A program made the position numbers and the translations under genes. This document shows, piece by piece, positions 36,103-36,410 of a stretch of 36,410 nucleotides of DNA. This DNA comes from Gemmatimonadales bacterium (lineage in GTDB: Bacteria > Gemmatimonadota > Gemmatimonadetes > Gemmatimonadales > GWC2-71-9): the NCBI GenBank assembly GCA_050733115.1, contig JBOHSC010000314.1, forward strand, positions 1 through 36,410, in the 5' to 3' direction. Each line of letters starts with the position of its first letter. The stretch's first letter is position 1. The notes under the pieces were generated by a model that had not been told where the DNA came from, did not search any database, and worked only from the letters and a program-made list of their open reading frames with translations.

Positions 36103-36410
36103 GTGCCGTCGAAGTGGTCGCGCAGGGCATCGCGCAGCGCGGATTTGAGGAACTTGCCGGTCGACGTCCTGGGAATCTCGGGAACGAAGACGACGTCGTC
36201 GGGAAGCCACCAGCTCGGGAATCGCTCCGCCAGCCAGGCGCGAAGCTCGTCGGGCGAGGCGGCGACTCCGCCGCGGAGCACCACAGCCGCTACCGGCCGC
36301 TCGAGCCACTTCGGATGGGGCACCGCCACCACGGCCGCCTCCGCCACCGCCGGGTGTCCCATGAGCGCCCCCTCGAGCGTCACGGAGCTGATCCACTCAC
36401 CGCCCGACTT
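36099..36410 (-). CDS. AMP-binding acyl-CoA synthetase (fatty-acid-CoA ligase-like), C-terminal end; 5' part outside the window
   Basis: The frame is open to the window edge. The translation KSGGEWISSVTLEGALMGHPAVAEAAVVAVPHPKWLERP...IPRTSTGKFLK carries the hinge and A10 lysine motifs of adenylate-forming ligases. Confidence 0.85.
   Translation of the reverse strand, partial: KSGGEWISSVTLEGALMGHPAVAEAAVVAVPHPKWLERPVAAVVLRGGVAASPDELRAWLAERFPSWWLPDDVVFVPEIPRTSTGKFLKSALRDALRDHFDGT

Overview
This is a high-GC bacterial chromosomal window; nearly all convincing genes have G/C at codon position 3. The gene content (CBM9/DUF5916-type outer-membrane protein, M1 and M28 peptidases, HEAT-repeat protein, fused OtsA-OtsB) faintly suggests a Gemmatimonadota/Acidobacteriota-like soil bacterium, but that is a weak inference. 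I support 31 protein-coding features (two cut by the window edges), one probable gene-fusion remnant and a few structural DNA elements. I recognised no rRNA, tRNA, CRISPR array, transposase or integrase. Layout by region: (1) 0-3.4 kb holds an efflux outer-membrane-factor tail, a secreted hypothetical protein and a Tat-exported serine hydrolase. (2) 3.4-7.9 kb holds an orphan PAS protein, an HtrA/DegP protease and an M1 lipoprotein peptidase. (3) 8.0-11.7 kb holds a fused trehalose-6-P synthase/phosphatase, a DsbA-like protein and a DUF4956-like membrane protein. (4) 11.8-12.3 kb is a less GC-rich scar containing a chimeric permease::response-regulator mini-ORF. (5) 12.3-15.3 kb is an Ig-repeat copper-radical-oxidase lipoprotein. 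(6) 15.3-19.7 kb holds a HEAT protein, an M28 peptidase and a CBM9/DUF5916 protein. (7) 19.7-20.2 kb is a strongly self-complementary intergenic region with two interleaved long inverted repeats. (8) 20.2-22.6 kb is a small membrane protein translationally coupled to a Hanks Ser/Thr kinase. (9) 22.9-34.2 kb is the stand-out: a ten-gene, almost gap-free operon. Its genes are a GT4 glycosyltransferase, two PaaK/F390-synthetase-like adenylating enzymes flanking a BKACE (DUF849) enzyme, an ATP-grasp ligase, three consecutive GNAT-fold/FemAB-like transferases, a Wzx-like flippase and a formyltransferase. (10) 34.4-36.4 kb holds a sulfurtransferase, a glycerophosphodiester phosphodiesterase and an acyl-CoA synthetase tail. 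The ten-gene operon, possibly controlled by the upstream kinase module, is my best candidate for an undescribed system. It looks like NRPS-independent assembly and N-capping of an aminoacyl/beta-aminoacyl substituent on a lipid-linked sugar, yet it lacks the polymerase, export and nucleotide-sugar genes of a normal polysaccharide locus. All domain calls come from reading motifs in the supplied translations, not from database searches.
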